This document shows positions 1 to 13,469 of a stretch of 64,000 nt of DNA, piece after piece. Positions within the stretch are counted from its first letter, which is position 1. The number at the start of each line of letters is the position of its first letter. Source of the DNA: Malacoraja senta (lineage: Eukaryota); NCBI GenBank assembly GCA_038087875.1, contig CM075989.1, positions 6,138,001-6,202,000 of the forward strand, read 5' to 3'. A model generated the notes under the pieces. That model was not told the DNA's origin and did no database searches. It saw only the letters and a list, made by a program, of their open reading frames with translations. The position numbers and the translations under genes are program-made.

Positions 1-325
1 TTCCCGATGTTGGGGAAGTCCAGGACAAGGGGTCACAGCTTAAGGATAAGGGGGAAATCCTTTAAGACCGAGATGAGGAAAAACTTTTTCACACAGAGAG
101 TGGTGAATCTCTGGAACTCTCTGCCACAGAGGGTAGTTGAGGCCAGTTCATAAGAGGGAGTTAGATGTGGCCCTTGTGGCTAAAGGGATCAGGGGGTATG
201 GAGAGAAGGCAGGTACGGGATACTGAGTTGGATGATCAGCCATGATCATATTGAATGGCGGTGCAGGCTCGAAGGGCCGAATGGCCTACTCCACACCTAT
301 TTTCTATGTATCTATGTATCTATGT
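1..325 (+). mobile_element. CR1-clade LINE 3' fragment
   Basis: Encodes the CR1 ORF2 C-terminal motif (GHSLRIRG..F..EMRK.FFTQRVVNLWNSLP), then a 3'UTR (gctcgaagggccgaatggcctact) and a TCTATGTA-type tail. Confidence 0.85.
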
Positions 326-1740
326 AACATCCATCCAAGTGGGCAGAAGTGCTCTCGATCCAATGCCAGCCAAGAATCTGCCCGTATGTTTTGTGAATCA
401 GTGCAGTAAGTGCTACTACGGAGCATTGGTTAAAATGCCATCGGGGCAAGTGGGGGGGGGGGGTGGGGGTCATAGACTTGGTGTTTGGATGGCATCACTC
501 CGTAATTGATGGATAGGTTGGTGGACTCGACCCAAAGCATCACCCGATCCTTCTCCCCAGAGATGCTGCCCGTCCCGCTGAGTTACTCCAGCATTTTGTG
601 TCTCTCCCCCAAATAACTCGTTCCTGTGGCTCGTTGCCACCGGAATGATGTCTTCTCCTGCCTCCCACCCGTGTCAGACTCTTGCTGGGGCCAGAATCAT
701 CCCCGCGCTCCAGACGCTCTGCCATCTAAATGCACACAGTGCAACCCATCTCCTGGCAAGTGCGCCCGCTGTAATGAGGTGCAGCGATATGAAAGCACAA
801 CCTCGGGTGAAAACTGCTTCACCTTCTGCATCCTGATGAAGAATTTATATGGAGGACGTGACCTTGTTCCACACAGAAACCTTGATCTCAGAACTCGTCC
901 CCTGTGCCGGCTTTTTAACTCTCGTTTCAGCTTGATTTTCAAAGTTGGTTTCGTTATCCGAGGCATGGTGTGCGGACTGGGTATTCTCACAAAGACCACC
1001 ATAAAGCTGCCGCAGCAAACTACCACTGTTTGTTCACATATGTGTACATATACACACTCACACTCACTCACAGGCACTGGTGCACACGTACACTGGCATG
1101 GGCACGCATGCACACACCAAGACACACACGCAGATACCTACAGGGGCAAACACACACATAGGCAGGCAGACATGCATAAACACACACATACACATGCACG
1201 CATGCACACAGCCACAAAAACGGTACCTATAGAGGCAAACACACACACACAGGCAGAAAGACAGACATAAATACACATACACACACTCTCCCACACATAT
1301 ACATTCACACACACATAGATAGGCAAACGCACACAAAGGCAGACACAAAATGCTGGAGTGTGTGCTTCTTCAGACTGAAGGGTCGCGACCCAAAACGGCA
1401 CCCACTCCTCTCCAGAGATGCTGCCTGTCCCGCTGAGTTACTCCAGCATTTTGTCTCTACCTTCGATTTAAACCAGCATCTGCGGTTCTTTCCCACACAC
1501 AGGCAGACAGACAGACAGATACAAACACACTGATGCACACACTCTCACACACCTGCTTACTGCCCGTTTACTGCACAACCGCCAACGGCCGGGCTATCCC
1601 GTGCAGGTGACGCTCGCATGGGCACTGGTTGCAAAAGGGTTGTTTCGATTTTTACGTGGGCAAGTTTGGTGAGATGATCCATGTCCAAGTTGTCGAGCTG
1701 TGACTTGAAGAGTGACAAGGTTGGCTCACACCTGGTGGTG

Positions 1741-1945
1741 TCAGGAAGGGTGTTCCACTGGCATAGTCCATGGATATAATGACTGTAGATAGCTATTTAT
1801 GTTTGCTCTAATTCTAGTATAAATAAAGTGGCCTGAGGACTGTCTTGTAGATTGCTGGGTAATGCATTGAATGAGGTGAGATTTGTTACTGGGGATGATG
1901 CCACGAGTCTCCTTGTAGACAGTACATAAGCGGGCTTTGGTGCGT
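1741..1945 (-). mobile_element. Old CR1/L2-group LINE ORF2 C-terminal remnant
   Basis: RRTKARLCTVYK...STR...NSYLQSLYPWT resembles the RR..ARL..YK...TR...YK.SFFPRT..WN end of CR1/L2/Crack ORF2. Confidence 0.5.
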
Positions 1946-1987
1946 CTTATGCACACACACACACACAGACAGAGATACATACATAGG

Positions 1988-2195
1988 AAGATAGACACAA
2001 AATGCTGGAGTAACTCAGCAGGACAGACAGCATCTCTGGAGAGAAGGAATGGTTGACCCTTCAGTCTGATGAAGGGCCTCGACCTGAAACGTCACCCATT
2101 CCTTCTCTCCAGAGATGCTGCCTGTCCTGCTGAGTTACTCCAGCATTTTGTGTCTATCTTCGGTGTAAACCAGCATCTGCAGTTCCTTCCTATAC
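1988..2195. mobile_element. Fold-back non-autonomous element derived from the PLE terminus, with a hammerhead core on + at 2066-2093
   Basis: Left arm (gatagacacaaaatgctggagtaactcagc) is the reverse complement of the right arm (gctgagttactccagcattttgtgtctatc); contains CTGATGA...GAAACGTC. Confidence 0.8.
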
Positions 2196-2254
2196 ATTTT
2201 ACCTACATAGGACACACATACAGTAACACACACATAGACACACAGAGATAAAGG

Positions 2255-2283
2255 CACACAAAAACACACACACGCACGCACAC

Positions 2284-2334
<51 letters not shown>

Positions 2335-2338
2335 ACAT

Positions 2339-2404
<66 letters not shown>

Positions 2405-2444
2405 CCCCCACCCACCCACCCACACCCACATCCACACCCACACG

Positions 2445-2510
<66 letters not shown>
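2255..2510. repeat. (CA)n microsatellite, interrupted
   Basis: Seen directly. Confidence 0.98.
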
Positions 2511-2511
<1 letters not shown>

Positions 2512-2637
2512 TATCGGGAGATAATGACAACAAAACACTCTTGGCTCTTGACTCTTTGTGTTTACAATGTATTGATGCTAAAAACAAAATGCTGGAGAAA
2601 CTCAGTGGGCCAGGGAGCAACAGGTGAGGGAAATTGA

Positions 2638-2953
2638 CACGGTGGCGCAGCGGTAGAGTTGCTGCCTCACAGCGCCAGAGACCCGGGTTCGACCCTGACT
2701 ACGGGTGCTATCTGTACGGAGTTTGTACCTTCTCCCCGTGACCTGCGTGAGTTTTCTCCGAGATCTTCGGTTTCCTCCCACACTCCAAAGACCTACAGGT
2801 TTGTAGGTTAATTGGCTTGGTATAAATGTATCAATGTAAATTGACCCTAATGTGTGTAGGGTAGTGTTAGTGTTAGTGTGCGGGGATCGCTGCTCGGCGC
2901 GGACTCGTTGCGCCAAATGACCTATTTCCGCGCTGTATCTCTAAACTAAACTA
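2638..2953 (+). mobile_element. Full-length HE1-type tRNA-derived V-SINE; representative of roughly 30 full or partial copies in the window
   Basis: A box TGGCGCAGCGG 2643-2653, B box GGTTCGACCC, V-domain (ttctccccgtg...ggtttcctcccacactccaaag), CR1-like tail ending gctgtatct(CTAAA)n. Confidence 0.9.
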
Positions 2954-3552
2954 TTCCCAAAGACGCACGGTTTGTAGATCAATTGGTCTTGATAAATTGC
3001 CCCTCGTGCGTAGGGAGTGCTTGCGAAAATGGGGTAACAGAGAAACAGTGTGATTGATGGTCGGCATGGATTTGGTGGCCTGAAGGGCCTGTTTCCATGC
3101 CGCATCTTTCAATTAACTTCAATCAATAAAGAATGGTACAAAACGTGGAGAGATTATGCTACAGTTATAGACCATGTAGACCATAGCTAGATGTGAGCAA
3201 TTCTTGAATTCAAACCTTCAAGGTAATTCAGCACAGATGTACTAGACGTGTGGGTGGTGAGTGTGTGAAACGAGCTGCCAGAGGAGGTAGTTGAGGCAAG
3301 GACTATCGCAAAGTTTAAGGAACAGTTAGACAGGTGCATAGATATGACAGGTTTGGAGGGATGTGGGCCAAACGCAGGCAGGTGGGACTAGTGTAAATGT
3401 GGACAAGTTGGGCCGAAGGGCCTGTTTCCACGCTGTAATCACTCTATGACTATAACTCAATTACTTAATGGACTCCAAGTGTTAAATTGCAAAGAATTAC
3501 ACAATCAGGATCTGTATTTGCTGGAATTTAGAACATTCAGGCATGATTTGAT

Positions 3553-3723
3553 CAAAGATAGACACAAAAAGCTGGAGTAACTCAGCGGGACAGGCAGCAT
3601 CTCTGGAGAGAAGCAATGGGTGACGTTTCGGGTCGAGACCCTTCTTCAGCCAGTCCCGCTGAGTTACTCCAGCTTTTTGTGTCTATCTTCACTTTAAACC
3701 AGCACCTGCTGTTCCTTCCTGCA
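3553..3723. mobile_element. Fold-back PLE-terminus element inserted in an old CR1; intact hammerhead core on - at 3622-3649
   Basis: Inverted arms; flanking near-duplication catgatttgat 3542-3552 / cataatttgat 3724-3734. Confidence 0.75.
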
Positions 3724-3964
3724 CATAATTTGATTACGTTTACAATGACTTTACGAGTGACTGATGGAGTATTCAATTAAATCTTCTGCTTGGGGAGTCA
3801 AGCATGGGGAAGATAATCTGAAATTTGGAACCAATCTTTGCAAGAAAGATTTCCTCAGGTGAATGAAGATAGAAGCCGTGATTGACAAATTTAATTCTGA
3901 GACTGGTAGCTTGTTGCTCCTCAAAGTTATGAAGGAATATAAAGAAAAGACAAATGTATTTAGA

Positions 3965-4545
3965 GCATAAGGTCATAAGTGATCAGAGCAGAATTAGGCC
4001 GATTCAGCCCATAATGTCTACCATTCAATCATGGCTGGTCTATCTCTCCCTCCTAACCCCATTCTCCTGCCTTCTCCCCATAACCCCTGACCCCGCACTA
4101 ATCAAGAAACTATCTATCTCTGCCTTAAAAATATCCATTGACTTGGCCTCCACAGCCATCTGTGGCCAAGAATTCCACAGATTCACCACCCTCTGACTAA
4201 AGAAATTCATCCTCATCTCCTTCCTAAAAGAACGTCCTTTAATTCTGAGGCTGTGACCTCTCGTCCTAGACTCTCCCACTAGTGGAAACATCCTCTCCAC
4301 ATCCACTCTATCCAGGCCTTTCACTGTACGGTAAGTTTCACTGTGGTCGCCCCTCATTCTTCTAAACTCCAGCCCAGTACAGGCCCAGTGCTGACAAACG
4401 CTCATCATAGGTTAACCTACTCATTACTGGGATCATTTATGTAAACCTCCTCTGGACTCTCTCCAGAGCCAGCACGTCGTTCCTTGGATATGGTGCTCAA
4501 AATTGTTCACCATACTCCACATGCGGCCTGACCAGCACCTTATAG
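3965..4545 (-). mobile_element. CR1-clade LINE 3' fragment
   Basis: ORF 4040-4408 (LEFRRMRGD..ETY...GLDRVD.ERMFPLVGESRTRGHSLRIKG...NFFSQRVVNLWNS) matches the CR1 ORF2 end. Confidence 0.9.
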
Positions 4546-4817
4546 AGGAGAGGTGATCTCAGACATGATGATCTGCCTTAGAGGTAATACAGCACAAGTG
4601 CTGAATGACCTGAGTCCTCCTACCCTTGTTTCCATTGTCTATAGAGTGCTTTCTGCAGCAAGACCGTGTGTGAAAAAGTCACCCCTCAGATTCCTATTAA
4701 ATCTTTCCCCCTTAACTCTGGTTCTCGATTCCCCTACTCTGGGCATGAGACTCTGTGCGTCCACCCGCGATTTTACACACCTCTATAAGATCACCCCTCA
4801 TCCTCATCTTGAAGCTG

Positions 4818-5275
4818 TGACGGTGGCGCAGCGGTAGAGTTGCCGCCTTACAGCGCCAGAGACCCGGGTTCGATCCTGACTACAGGTGCTTGTCCGTGCG
4901 GAGTTTGTACGTTCTCCCCGTGACCTGCGTGAGTTTTCCCCACGAGATCTTCGGGTTCATCCCACACTCCAAGGACGTGGAGCGTTGTAGGTAAGAGAGG
5001 ATTGCAGATGCAGGATAAAATCGAAGGAATGGGCGACGTTTCGGGTCGAGACCCTTCTTCACACTGAATGAAGAAGGATGAAGAAACGTCACCCATTCCT
5101 TCTCTCCATAGATGCTGCCTCAACCCTGAGTTACTCCAGCATTTTGTCAACTTCCAGCATTGTCGGTAAAAAAATGTCAAACTGTCCCTGGTGTGTGTGT
5201 GTAAGGTGGTGTTAATGTGCTGGGGGTCGCTGGTCGGCGCTGAAGGGGCCTGTTTCCGTGCTGTATCTCTAAGCC
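4818..5275 (+). mobile_element. HE1-type V-SINE interrupted by a PLE-terminus fold-back fragment (~4995-5160)
   Basis: A and B boxes at the start and SINE tail at the end; inverted gacgtttcgggtcgagaccc segment in between. Confidence 0.8.
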
Positions 5276-6593
5276 AGGAAAAGACAGGCGCTTTGTAAAT
5301 GCACGACACCCTTGTTTCCCAGGGATTGGTGACTCTGCCGATGGGCGCTTTGCTTTTTCCATCGCTGCCCTTGGCTGGGGTTTAATTGCGCAGGTGTGTA
5401 GACCTGGCAAACGGCAGCCAATACTTTGAAGCAGGGCTTGGGGAATATGCACCGCTCGTCGTCCTAAGGGAGCGCTCATTTCCTCTTGCTTGTGTCAGCG
5501 CCATCTATTATTGACGGGGCTGCTGGATTGAGGATTAGCATTCAGGCAGCAGGCACCGCGAGTCCCAGGCGCTCTGCCTGCCTGTGGCTTCCTCTCTCTC
5601 TCTTTCTTTCTCCCTCATTCCTCCCCTTTGAAGAGTCCGGCGGATCCCATGGTCTCCTGATTTCACACAGGGTGAGGTGGCTGACATTCCTTCTCCGCAA
5701 ACATTTCCCGGCTTCGAGAGAGGAGGAAGAAAAACAGGCAGGACCCTTGGGTTAAAAGGGCATTATTTTCCCATCAGGAATCTCATTCAGCCCCAGGAAC
5801 TGGTGCAGCCTGTGTGTGTGTGTTTTTGTGTGTGTGTGTGTGTGTATGGATTGTGAGGAAAGGAATTGGTCGGAGGGGGGTGGGGAGGGAAGGGGGAGGA
5901 ATACAGGAACAAACTTGAATAGAGATTTCTCAAAAAAGCAGCGGAGCCTTTTCAAACTTTTGTGCGCCGACGCTTTTCACACTTTGTCCATTCATCGGGC
6001 TGAATCTGTGAGTTTCGCTGAGAGAATCGACATTGTGAACTCCTGGCTACACAGAATGAATGCTCTCTCAATCAGGACCAGATGCAACAACAAACCCATC
6101 GCTTCTCAAGCTCTCTGGGCCAGCGATTTAGAAAATAGCAGAAGAGGGACAAATGAAATAAAGAATTCTGATTGACTGCCACTTGCTCATGAATAAGATT
6201 CCCATGTTATCCTCAGTGAATGGGGCTTTATTTATATGAGTGAAAGATGCAGGGGAGTGTGTCCATTCTCAGAGTCACCTGCGTCTCCCTTCACCTGTAG
6301 GGCCAGCTAGGTAGGGTCTTGGCTGTGGGTCTTTGGGGAGGGTACTTTAAAGTCTCCAGGGCCTTTGGCTGTGCGTCTTTGTGGCCAGCAGCTAGTATTT
6401 TCGAGCTCCTCTCCGTTGACAGGGAGAACATAGGAAGAAAAGGGCGACACGGTGGCGCAGCGTGGATTGGGGATCTTCAAATATTGGGGAGGGGGGGGGG
6501 AGTCAGTCTACCCCGTGACAGAAGGGGGGAGGGTTATACAGTTTGATAGCCACAGGGAAGACGGATCCTGACCCCTTGGAGTAAGGACACCTG

Positions 6594-6895
6594 CACGGTG
6601 GCGCAGCAGCAGTGGAGTTGCTGCCTTGTTACAGCGCCGGACTCCCGGTTCGATCCCGACCACGGCTGCTGTCTGTCTGTACGGAGTTTGTACCTTCTCC
6701 CTGCGACCGCGTAGTTTTTCTCAGAGATCTCTGGTTTTCTCCCACACTCCAAAGACGTGCAGGTTTGTGGGTTCATTTGGCTTGGTATAAAGGTCAATTG
6801 TCCCCAGTATGCGTAGGGTATTGCTGGTCGGCGTGGACTCGGTGGGCCGAAGGGCCTGTTTCCACGCTGTATCTCTAAACTAAACTAAACTAAAC
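6594..6895 (+). mobile_element. HE1-type V-SINE whose head is duplicated at 6448-6461 around a Rex1-like insert
   Basis: cacggtggcgcagc occurs at 6448 and 6594; (CTAAA)n tail. Confidence 0.8.
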
Positions 6896-7034
6896 ACAGC
6901 AGGCCAAGCAGCATCTCTGGAGAACATGGTGATGTTTCTGGCTTGATGAAGGGTCCCAACCGGAAACGTCTCTGATGTATGTATGTTGGGAAGAACACGC
7001 TCACACAATAGGGAGTGGAAACTATGATCTCACC

Positions 7035-7440
7035 TCCACCACCCCCCCCCCACACAACCTCCCCCCCCCCTCCACCATCACAACCCCCCCCCCATCCACC
7101 ACAACCCCCCATCCACCACAAACACACGCCCCCCCACAACCCCCCACCACAAAACGCAACCCCTCCCATCCACCACAACCCCCCACCACAAAACACAACC
7201 CCTCCCATCCACCACAACCTCCCCCCCCACCACAACCCCCCCCCCACCACAAAACACAACCCCTCCCATCCACCACAACCTCCCCCCCCACCACAACCCC
7301 CCCCCCCCACCACAAAACACAACCCCTCCCATCCACCACAACCCCTCCCATCCACCACAACCCCCCCCACCACAAAACACAACCCCCCCCCCATGCACTA
7401 CAACCCCCCCACCACAACCCCCCCCCACCCACCAACCACC
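7035..7440. repeat. C/A-rich minisatellite (ccaccacaa / cccctcccatccaccacaa units)
   Basis: Tandem units seen directly; source of the Pro/Gly-rich spurious ORFs. Confidence 0.95.
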
Positions 7441-7584
7441 ATCAAAACTGTCAAGGTTGGCAGTTAATTAAAAAGGCAAAAACCAAGATCAAGAGATTTT
7501 GTTTGACAGTAGAATCAAGGGCTATGGAACCAAAGCAGGTAAACATTTAACTCCTGATCTAATTAAATACTGAAATGGCTAAAG

Positions 7585-7925
7585 TGGGGGAGAGGAGAGG
7601 CTAGGAGGGGAGAAGAGGGAGAGAGGGGAGGAAAGGGGGCAGAGAGGGCGATAGAGGAGGGTAAGATGGGAGGGAGGATAGAGGGAGGGAGGGGTAGAGG
7701 AGAGGGGTGGGGAGGGGGAGGCAGAGGTAGAGGAGAGGGGTAGAGAGGGGGAGGGAAGGGTAGAGGAGAGGTGAGTAAGACAGGGGGGAAGGAGAGATAG
7801 GGGTGGAGAGGGGGAGAGGTGTGTAGAGAGGGGGGAGGGAGATAGCGAGTGAGAGGATGTTGCAAGGGGGCAGAGAGAGGGAAGTGAAAGAGGAGGGGAG
7901 AGAGGGGGAGGGGGGAGAGTGGAGA
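7585..7925. repeat. GA-rich polypurine low-complexity tract
   Basis: Seen directly. Confidence 0.95.
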
Positions 7926-8047
7926 TCTGAATGACCCCATTCCTGGTTTTATGTGACCCAAACTACAGAACAACTCCAGTGGGCACGGTGACAGGCAGGC
8001 AGTACCACAGCACCAAGACTCACATGGGGGATTGCGAACAAGCATTA

Positions 8048-8563
8048 AACCCCTGTCTCACGGTGCGAGTCCACCCCCGTCCCGACCCCCTGGGAAACTG
8101 AAGGGAGCGACAATCAAATACAAATAATGTCATACACAAGAAAGGGCAGATGCTGGTTGACAAAAAGTGAACACACAGTGCTGGAGTAACACAAAGACGC
8201 AGCAGAATTTTGGAAACGTCATCCCGTCACCCATTCCTTCTCTCCAGAGATGCTGCCTGTCCCGCTGAGTTAAAGAGTGCCCACGGTAGACTCACGAGTC
8301 ACTACGGTAAACACACGGGCTACTTACGTTCTTACAACGAGTTTAAAAGTTTAAAATGTTTACTTCAAGAGTAAATTGGACTCGTGGAAATCTTTCATCA
8401 TGTTGAAAGATTTTCACGAGTTAACAAGTTTCCCGTGTACCTGCCGTTAGCGATACGAGTTCCGACGTTCCCGCTTACGTTAATTCTACGTGATTACCAC
8501 GAGTTTGATTGGTTTTAAACTCGGGATCATTGGTGGGTGAACTCGCATCGTGAGACTGGTCCA
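8048..8563. mobile_element. Degenerate Harbinger-type MITE (related to family D) with an internal insertion at ~8078-8271
   Basis: Terminal inverted repeats (TIRs) ..gtctcacggtgcgagtccaccc / gggtgaactcgcatcgtgagac.., TTA on both flanks, internal palindrome 8381-8420. Confidence 0.6.
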
Positions 8564-9086
8564 TTATTCCTCCCAGTGTTAAACTGCAGCATGAGAACCC
8601 ATGAGATTCAGTGCTGCTGTCATCCCCAAACGACATCCACCACTGGCCCAACTGAGTAACTCTAATTCCTCATCGTTTCCGACAGGAATCCACCTTTCAC
8701 TACAGTGGTGTCATGAACTAAAACATTCCCTTCTTCACAAAAGGTTAATGCAGACGATTTGCAGCCAAACTGGTCACATCATTCCGTGTTGAAGGCCGTG
8801 CCATTAAAGTGACATGTTCTTGGCCCTGCTGACAGATCACGTGTGACAAAGCGCAAGTGAAAACTGGGTGTGCCCTCCGCAGTTTCTTTTATCCTCCCGT
8901 GTCGATGAATCAGCGAGCAAGGGCTTGTCTAGGCAAAAGTTGGTCTTGGAAGCATTTTTTTAAATGAATACATAGAATTTGGTTTACTCAAGGTAAAACC
9001 GTCGCACCTGTGTGTATAAAGTTTGTGCAGTAATTAAATCCTGTTTACAAAGCAGATTAGTCCAACGAGGCTCGATCTGAATGTGG

Positions 9087-9278
9087 AGGAAGGAACTGCA
9101 GATGTTGGTTTAAACTGAAGATAGATACAAAATGTTGGCCTAACTCAGCGGGACAGCAAGCTTCTCTGGAGTGAAGGAATGGGTGACGTTTCGGGTGAAG
9201 AAGGGTCTCTACCCGAAACGTCACTCATTCCTTCTCTCCCGAGATGCTGCCTGTCCCGCTGAGTTGCTCCAGCATTTT
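9087..9278. mobile_element. Fold-back PLE-terminus element with a 20-bp target duplication
   Basis: gaggctcgatctgaatgtgg 9067-9086 / gaggctccatctgaatgtgg 9279-9298. Confidence 0.8.
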
Positions 9279-9309
9279 GAGGCTCCATCTGAATGTGGTT
9301 TGCTAGCAA

Positions 9310-9700
9310 AGTTGTAAACACTGCCCAGTCCATCATCGGCTCTGATCTCCCTACCATCGAGGGGATCTATCGCAGTCGCTGCCTCAAATAGGCAGCAAAC
9401 TTCATCAAGGACACACACCATCCTGGCCACTCACTCATCTCTCCGCTGCCATCAGGTAGAAGGTACATGAGCCTGAAATCTGCAACATCCAGGTTCAGGA
9501 ATAGCTGCTTCCCCACAGCCATCAGACTATTAAACTCAACTTCAAACAAACTCTGAACTATAACAGCCTATTGCACTTTATCTGTTTATTTATGTCTGAT
9601 CTGTTCTGTATTTATTTATGCCTACAATACTCTGTTGTGCTGCAGCAAGCAAGAATTTCATTGTCCTATTGGGACACATGACAATAAACTCTCTTGACTG
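9310..9700 (+). mobile_element. Rex1/Babar-like LINE 3' fragment
   Basis: Reads ..IIGSDLPTIEGIYRSRCL..AANFIKDTHHPGHSLISPLPSGRRY.SL...TSRFRNSCFPTAIRLLN, then 3'UTR tgacaataaa. Confidence 0.8.
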
Positions 9701-9892
9701 CCTGGCGTTGACTCAGTCTGTAGCTTCCATTTATCACTGCGCAGGATGACAGGAGCTTGGCAGCTTCTGCGTTGGGTTTTTGTGTGTCGATTGCCAGGCT
9801 GACATTTGCGGTGGGAGACTGCAGCGAGGGCTTGATGCCGTGTCTCTGTGAAAGAATTCAGGCCCACGGCGGGATAGGGAGTCAACAACAAT

Positions 9893-10640
9893 CCAGGTGG
9901 TTTCGCTGAACACCTTCGCTCAGTCCGCCTGGGCCTGCCTGATCTCCCGGTTGCCAAACACTTCAATTCCCCTTCCCATTCCCACACTGACCTTTCTGTC
10001 CTGGGCCTCCTCCAATGTCAGAGGGAGGCCAAATGCAAATTGGAGGAACAGCACCTTATATATCGCTTGGGCACCTTACAACCCAACGGTATGAACATTG
10101 ACAATAGACAATAGACAATACACAATAGACAATAGGTGCAGGAACAGGCCATTCGGCCCTTAGAGTCAGCACCGCCATTCAATGTGATCATGGCTGATCA
10201 TCCCCAATCAGTACCCCATTCCTGCCTTCTCCCCATATCCCCTGATATCCTATGTTTAAGAGCCCTATTTAGCTCTCTCTTGAAAGTATCCAGAGAACTG
10301 GCCTTGACTTCCCTAACTTGAAGTAACCATTGCATCCCCTCTCCGTCCCTTCCCCACCCAAATCATTGTACTAGTTTCAAAATTGTCCTGTTGAGTCTCG
10401 TTGTCTGTAACTCGTTTTCACCTAGCCCGCAGATAACAATGGCCTGTTTCCTTTATCATCGTTAATTTTTTTGGCATTTCCTTCATTAATTTGTTCCACA
10501 TCTCTCTATATCACCGTCTATATCTCTCGGTTCCCTCCCCCCTGAATCTCAAGGGTCTCAACTTGAAACGTCACCTATTACTTTTCTCTAGAGATGCTGC
10601 CTGACCCGCTGAGTTACTCCTGCTTTTTGTGGCTATCGTC
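9893..10640 (+). mobile_element. PLE 3' fragment (end of GIY-YIG plus terminal repeat) interrupted by a CR1 tail on - (~10100-10305)
   Basis: FAEHLRSVR..LPDLPVAKHFNSPSH...LEEQHL...LG.L.P.GMN; ttgac duplicated around the CR1 insert. Confidence 0.85.
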
Positions 10641-12237
10641 AGCTCAGGCATGTTGTTTGTCCATCTCTGTACTTGGCTCCCTGCAAGGAATCAAATCGCT
10701 TCTGGGGCTATGTCAAATCAACCCCTTACATGGAGACCAACTGTTAAGGTGAAAGAGGAAAGATTTAAGAGGAATCTGAGCAATAACCTTTTAGAGTCAT
10801 AAAGTTATAGCGTTATACAACTAACTTTCCTTAACCGTGTACATGTCCAAGTATCTGTTGTTATAGCGTAATAACAAGGAACTGCAGATGCTGGTTTAAA
10901 AAAATACTAAAGAAAGACACAAAAAGCTGGAGTAATTCAGCAGGTCTGATAGCTTCACTGGAAAACATGGATAGGGTGCCGACCCGAAACGTCATCTATC
11001 CATGTTCTCCAGAGATGGAAATGGCCGTTCGGCCCAACTTGCCCATATCGATGAACAGGCCCCAACTACACTAGTCCCACCTGCCTGTGTTAGGCCCATA
11101 TTCCTCTAAACATATCCTGTCCATGTATTTGTCAAAATGTGTTTTAAACGTTGTGGCAGTACCTGCCTCAACTACTTCCTCCAGCAGCTTGTTCCATATA
11201 CCCACCACCCTTTGTGTAAAAAAGTTGCCCCTCAGGTCCCTATTAAAATTTTCCCCTTTCACTTTAAACCTATGTCCTCTGGCTTTTGATTTTGGGTGGT
11301 GGATGTATGGGATGAGCAGCCAAAGGAGGTAGCTGATGCAGGTACTAAACGACTGAAAGACAGCATCCCTGGAGAACATGGATAGGTGACGTTTCCGGTC
11401 GGGACCCTAAACGGGTGATGTAAATCACTGACGCACGGAATGAACACGGAGACCATTGAGTAAAACACAAAGACCAATTACTGTTGCTCTGTAAAGAGCC
11501 CAGATTCTACCTAGCCTCATGTTACTTTCGAGACACAAAAACTCCAGAGTAATTCAACTTCTGTCTGAAGAAGGGTCTCGGCCCGAAATGTCACCCATTC
11601 CTTCTCTTCAGAGATGCTGCCTGTCCTGCTGAGTTACTCCAGCATTTTGTGTCTATCTTCGGTTTAAACCAGCATCTGCAGTTCCTTCCTACACATCGTG
11701 TTACTGTCTGCTGGTTTAAGGAGGTCAACTCGGAGTCCCCATTTGCACACCTATACTTAGTGCAGGTGGCTATGTTTTCTTCATCGAAAACCAGGAACAA
11801 AGCCATTTGTCACGTGATGAAGTGATCAGATAGGGTAGAATTCGAATCGTTCCAGCTCTGTATACCCAGGCGACGAAAGTATCACGGCTGTGTGCTACAT
11901 GCAGTCACTGGATTGTCAACCCTTTGTGTTACGATGCTTGCAAGATCACTCAGGTGAAAGCATGCTCTGGGAGATATTCTTCCACTTCACCTGTACAAAC
12001 AGAAGCTGTACTTTGTAATAAGGATGAGAACTTGAAACCAGCAAGAGATGCCGTCTCTCATCACCCTCGAACCTGAGTTCAATACTTGCCTGAGTTCACG
12101 AACTGTCACCAAATAGCTGTCTGGGGTAAGCGAAGGGAATGCCCGTCAAACTTGTATTTGCAAGCACGAGCATAATCAAGGAAGAGCCACACCCCGGCCA
12201 CTCCTTCTTCTCCCCTCTGCCATCGGGCAAAATGTGA

Positions 12238-12520
12238 CTTTAGTTTAGAGATACAGCGCGGAAACAGCCCACCGAGTCCGCGCCGACCAGCGATCCCCGC
12301 ACATTAACACCACACCAGGGACAATTTACACTTATACCAAGCCAATTAGCCTGCACGTCTTTGGAGTCTGGGAGGGAACCGAAGGTCTCGGAGAAAACCC
12401 ACGTGGTCACAGGGAGGAAATACAAACTCCGTACAGACAGCACTTGCAGTCGGGATCGATCCCAGGTCTCCGGTGCTGCAAGCGCTGTAAGGCAGCAACT
12501 CCATTGCTGCGTCACCAAGC
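12238..12520 (-). mobile_element. HE1-type V-SINE inserted into a Rex1-like 3' fragment (12170-12815)
   Basis: SINE head and tail on -; the LINE motif HPGHSFFSPLPSG is split across the insertion. Confidence 0.8.
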
Positions 12521-13469
12521 TGTCAAAGGTATAGAAGTGTGAAAACCTCCAGATTCTGGGTCAGGTTCTTCCCAGCTGTTATCAGGAGACTGAATCATCC
12601 TACCACAACCAGAGAGCAGTGCTGAACTACTATTGACCTCATTGGTAACCTTCGGACTATCCTTGATCGGATTTTGTTGGCTTTACCTTGCACTGAACGT
12701 TAAGCCGTTTTCATGTATCTGTGGCTCGATTATAATCATGTATTACTGCCTGGTTAGCACACAACAAAAGCTTTTCACTGTACCTCGGCACATATGACAA
12801 TAAACTAAACTGAACTATTTTCACTAATGAAACAGACCCCGATCAAAAACCTGAGCATAAAAACCTTGGCCTATCACCCAAACCAGCACCGGGGTCAAGC
12901 AACACTTTCATAAGTATAGGAAGGAACTGCAGATGCTGGTTTACACCAAAGATAGACATTAAATGCTGAAGTAACTCAGCGGGTCAGGCAGCATCTCTGC
13001 AGAAAATAAATAGGTGATGTTTCGGGTCGAGACCCTTCTTCAGACTCATAAGATTGTCATAAGTGCCGCCTTTTCAATGAGGTATTAAAACCAAAACACT
13101 ATCTCGTTTTTAGACAATACAGGATGGAAACAGGCCCTTTGGCCCACCAAGTCCACACCAACCATCGATCGCCCTTTTACACTAGTTCCATGGTATCCCA
13201 TTTTTGCATCCACCACCTACACACAAGGACCAATAGACCTACAAGAATGCACGTCACTGGAAAGTGGGAGGAAACCTGAGCTCCCGGAGGAAGCCCACGT
13301 GGTCACATGGAGAACATGCACACTCCACACTGACAGTGCCCGAGGTCAGGATTGAACCCGGGTCTCTGTTGCTGTGAGGCAGCAGCTCTACTAACTCCAC
13401 CATTGTGCTGCCCTCAGATAGATGTAAAACAATTATGCATTGCTATTCTGAAGGTGAGCGGGGGATCTA

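Noticed and set aside
626..1270. 214-aa ORF (and a 142-aa antisense ORF) as a host gene
   Set aside because: Non-ATG start, last ~80 codons are CA-repeat, no recognisable domain or splice structure
2638..2710. tRNA gene
   Set aside because: A and B boxes run straight into the V-SINE body, so this is a SINE head
5496..5510. CTCF site (cagcgccatctatta)
   Set aside because: Lacks the conserved terminal GTGG of the core motif; only a partial match
6885..8045. Pro/His/Gly-rich extensin-like ORFs
   Set aside because: Translations of minisatellite and polypurine tracts, open in most frames
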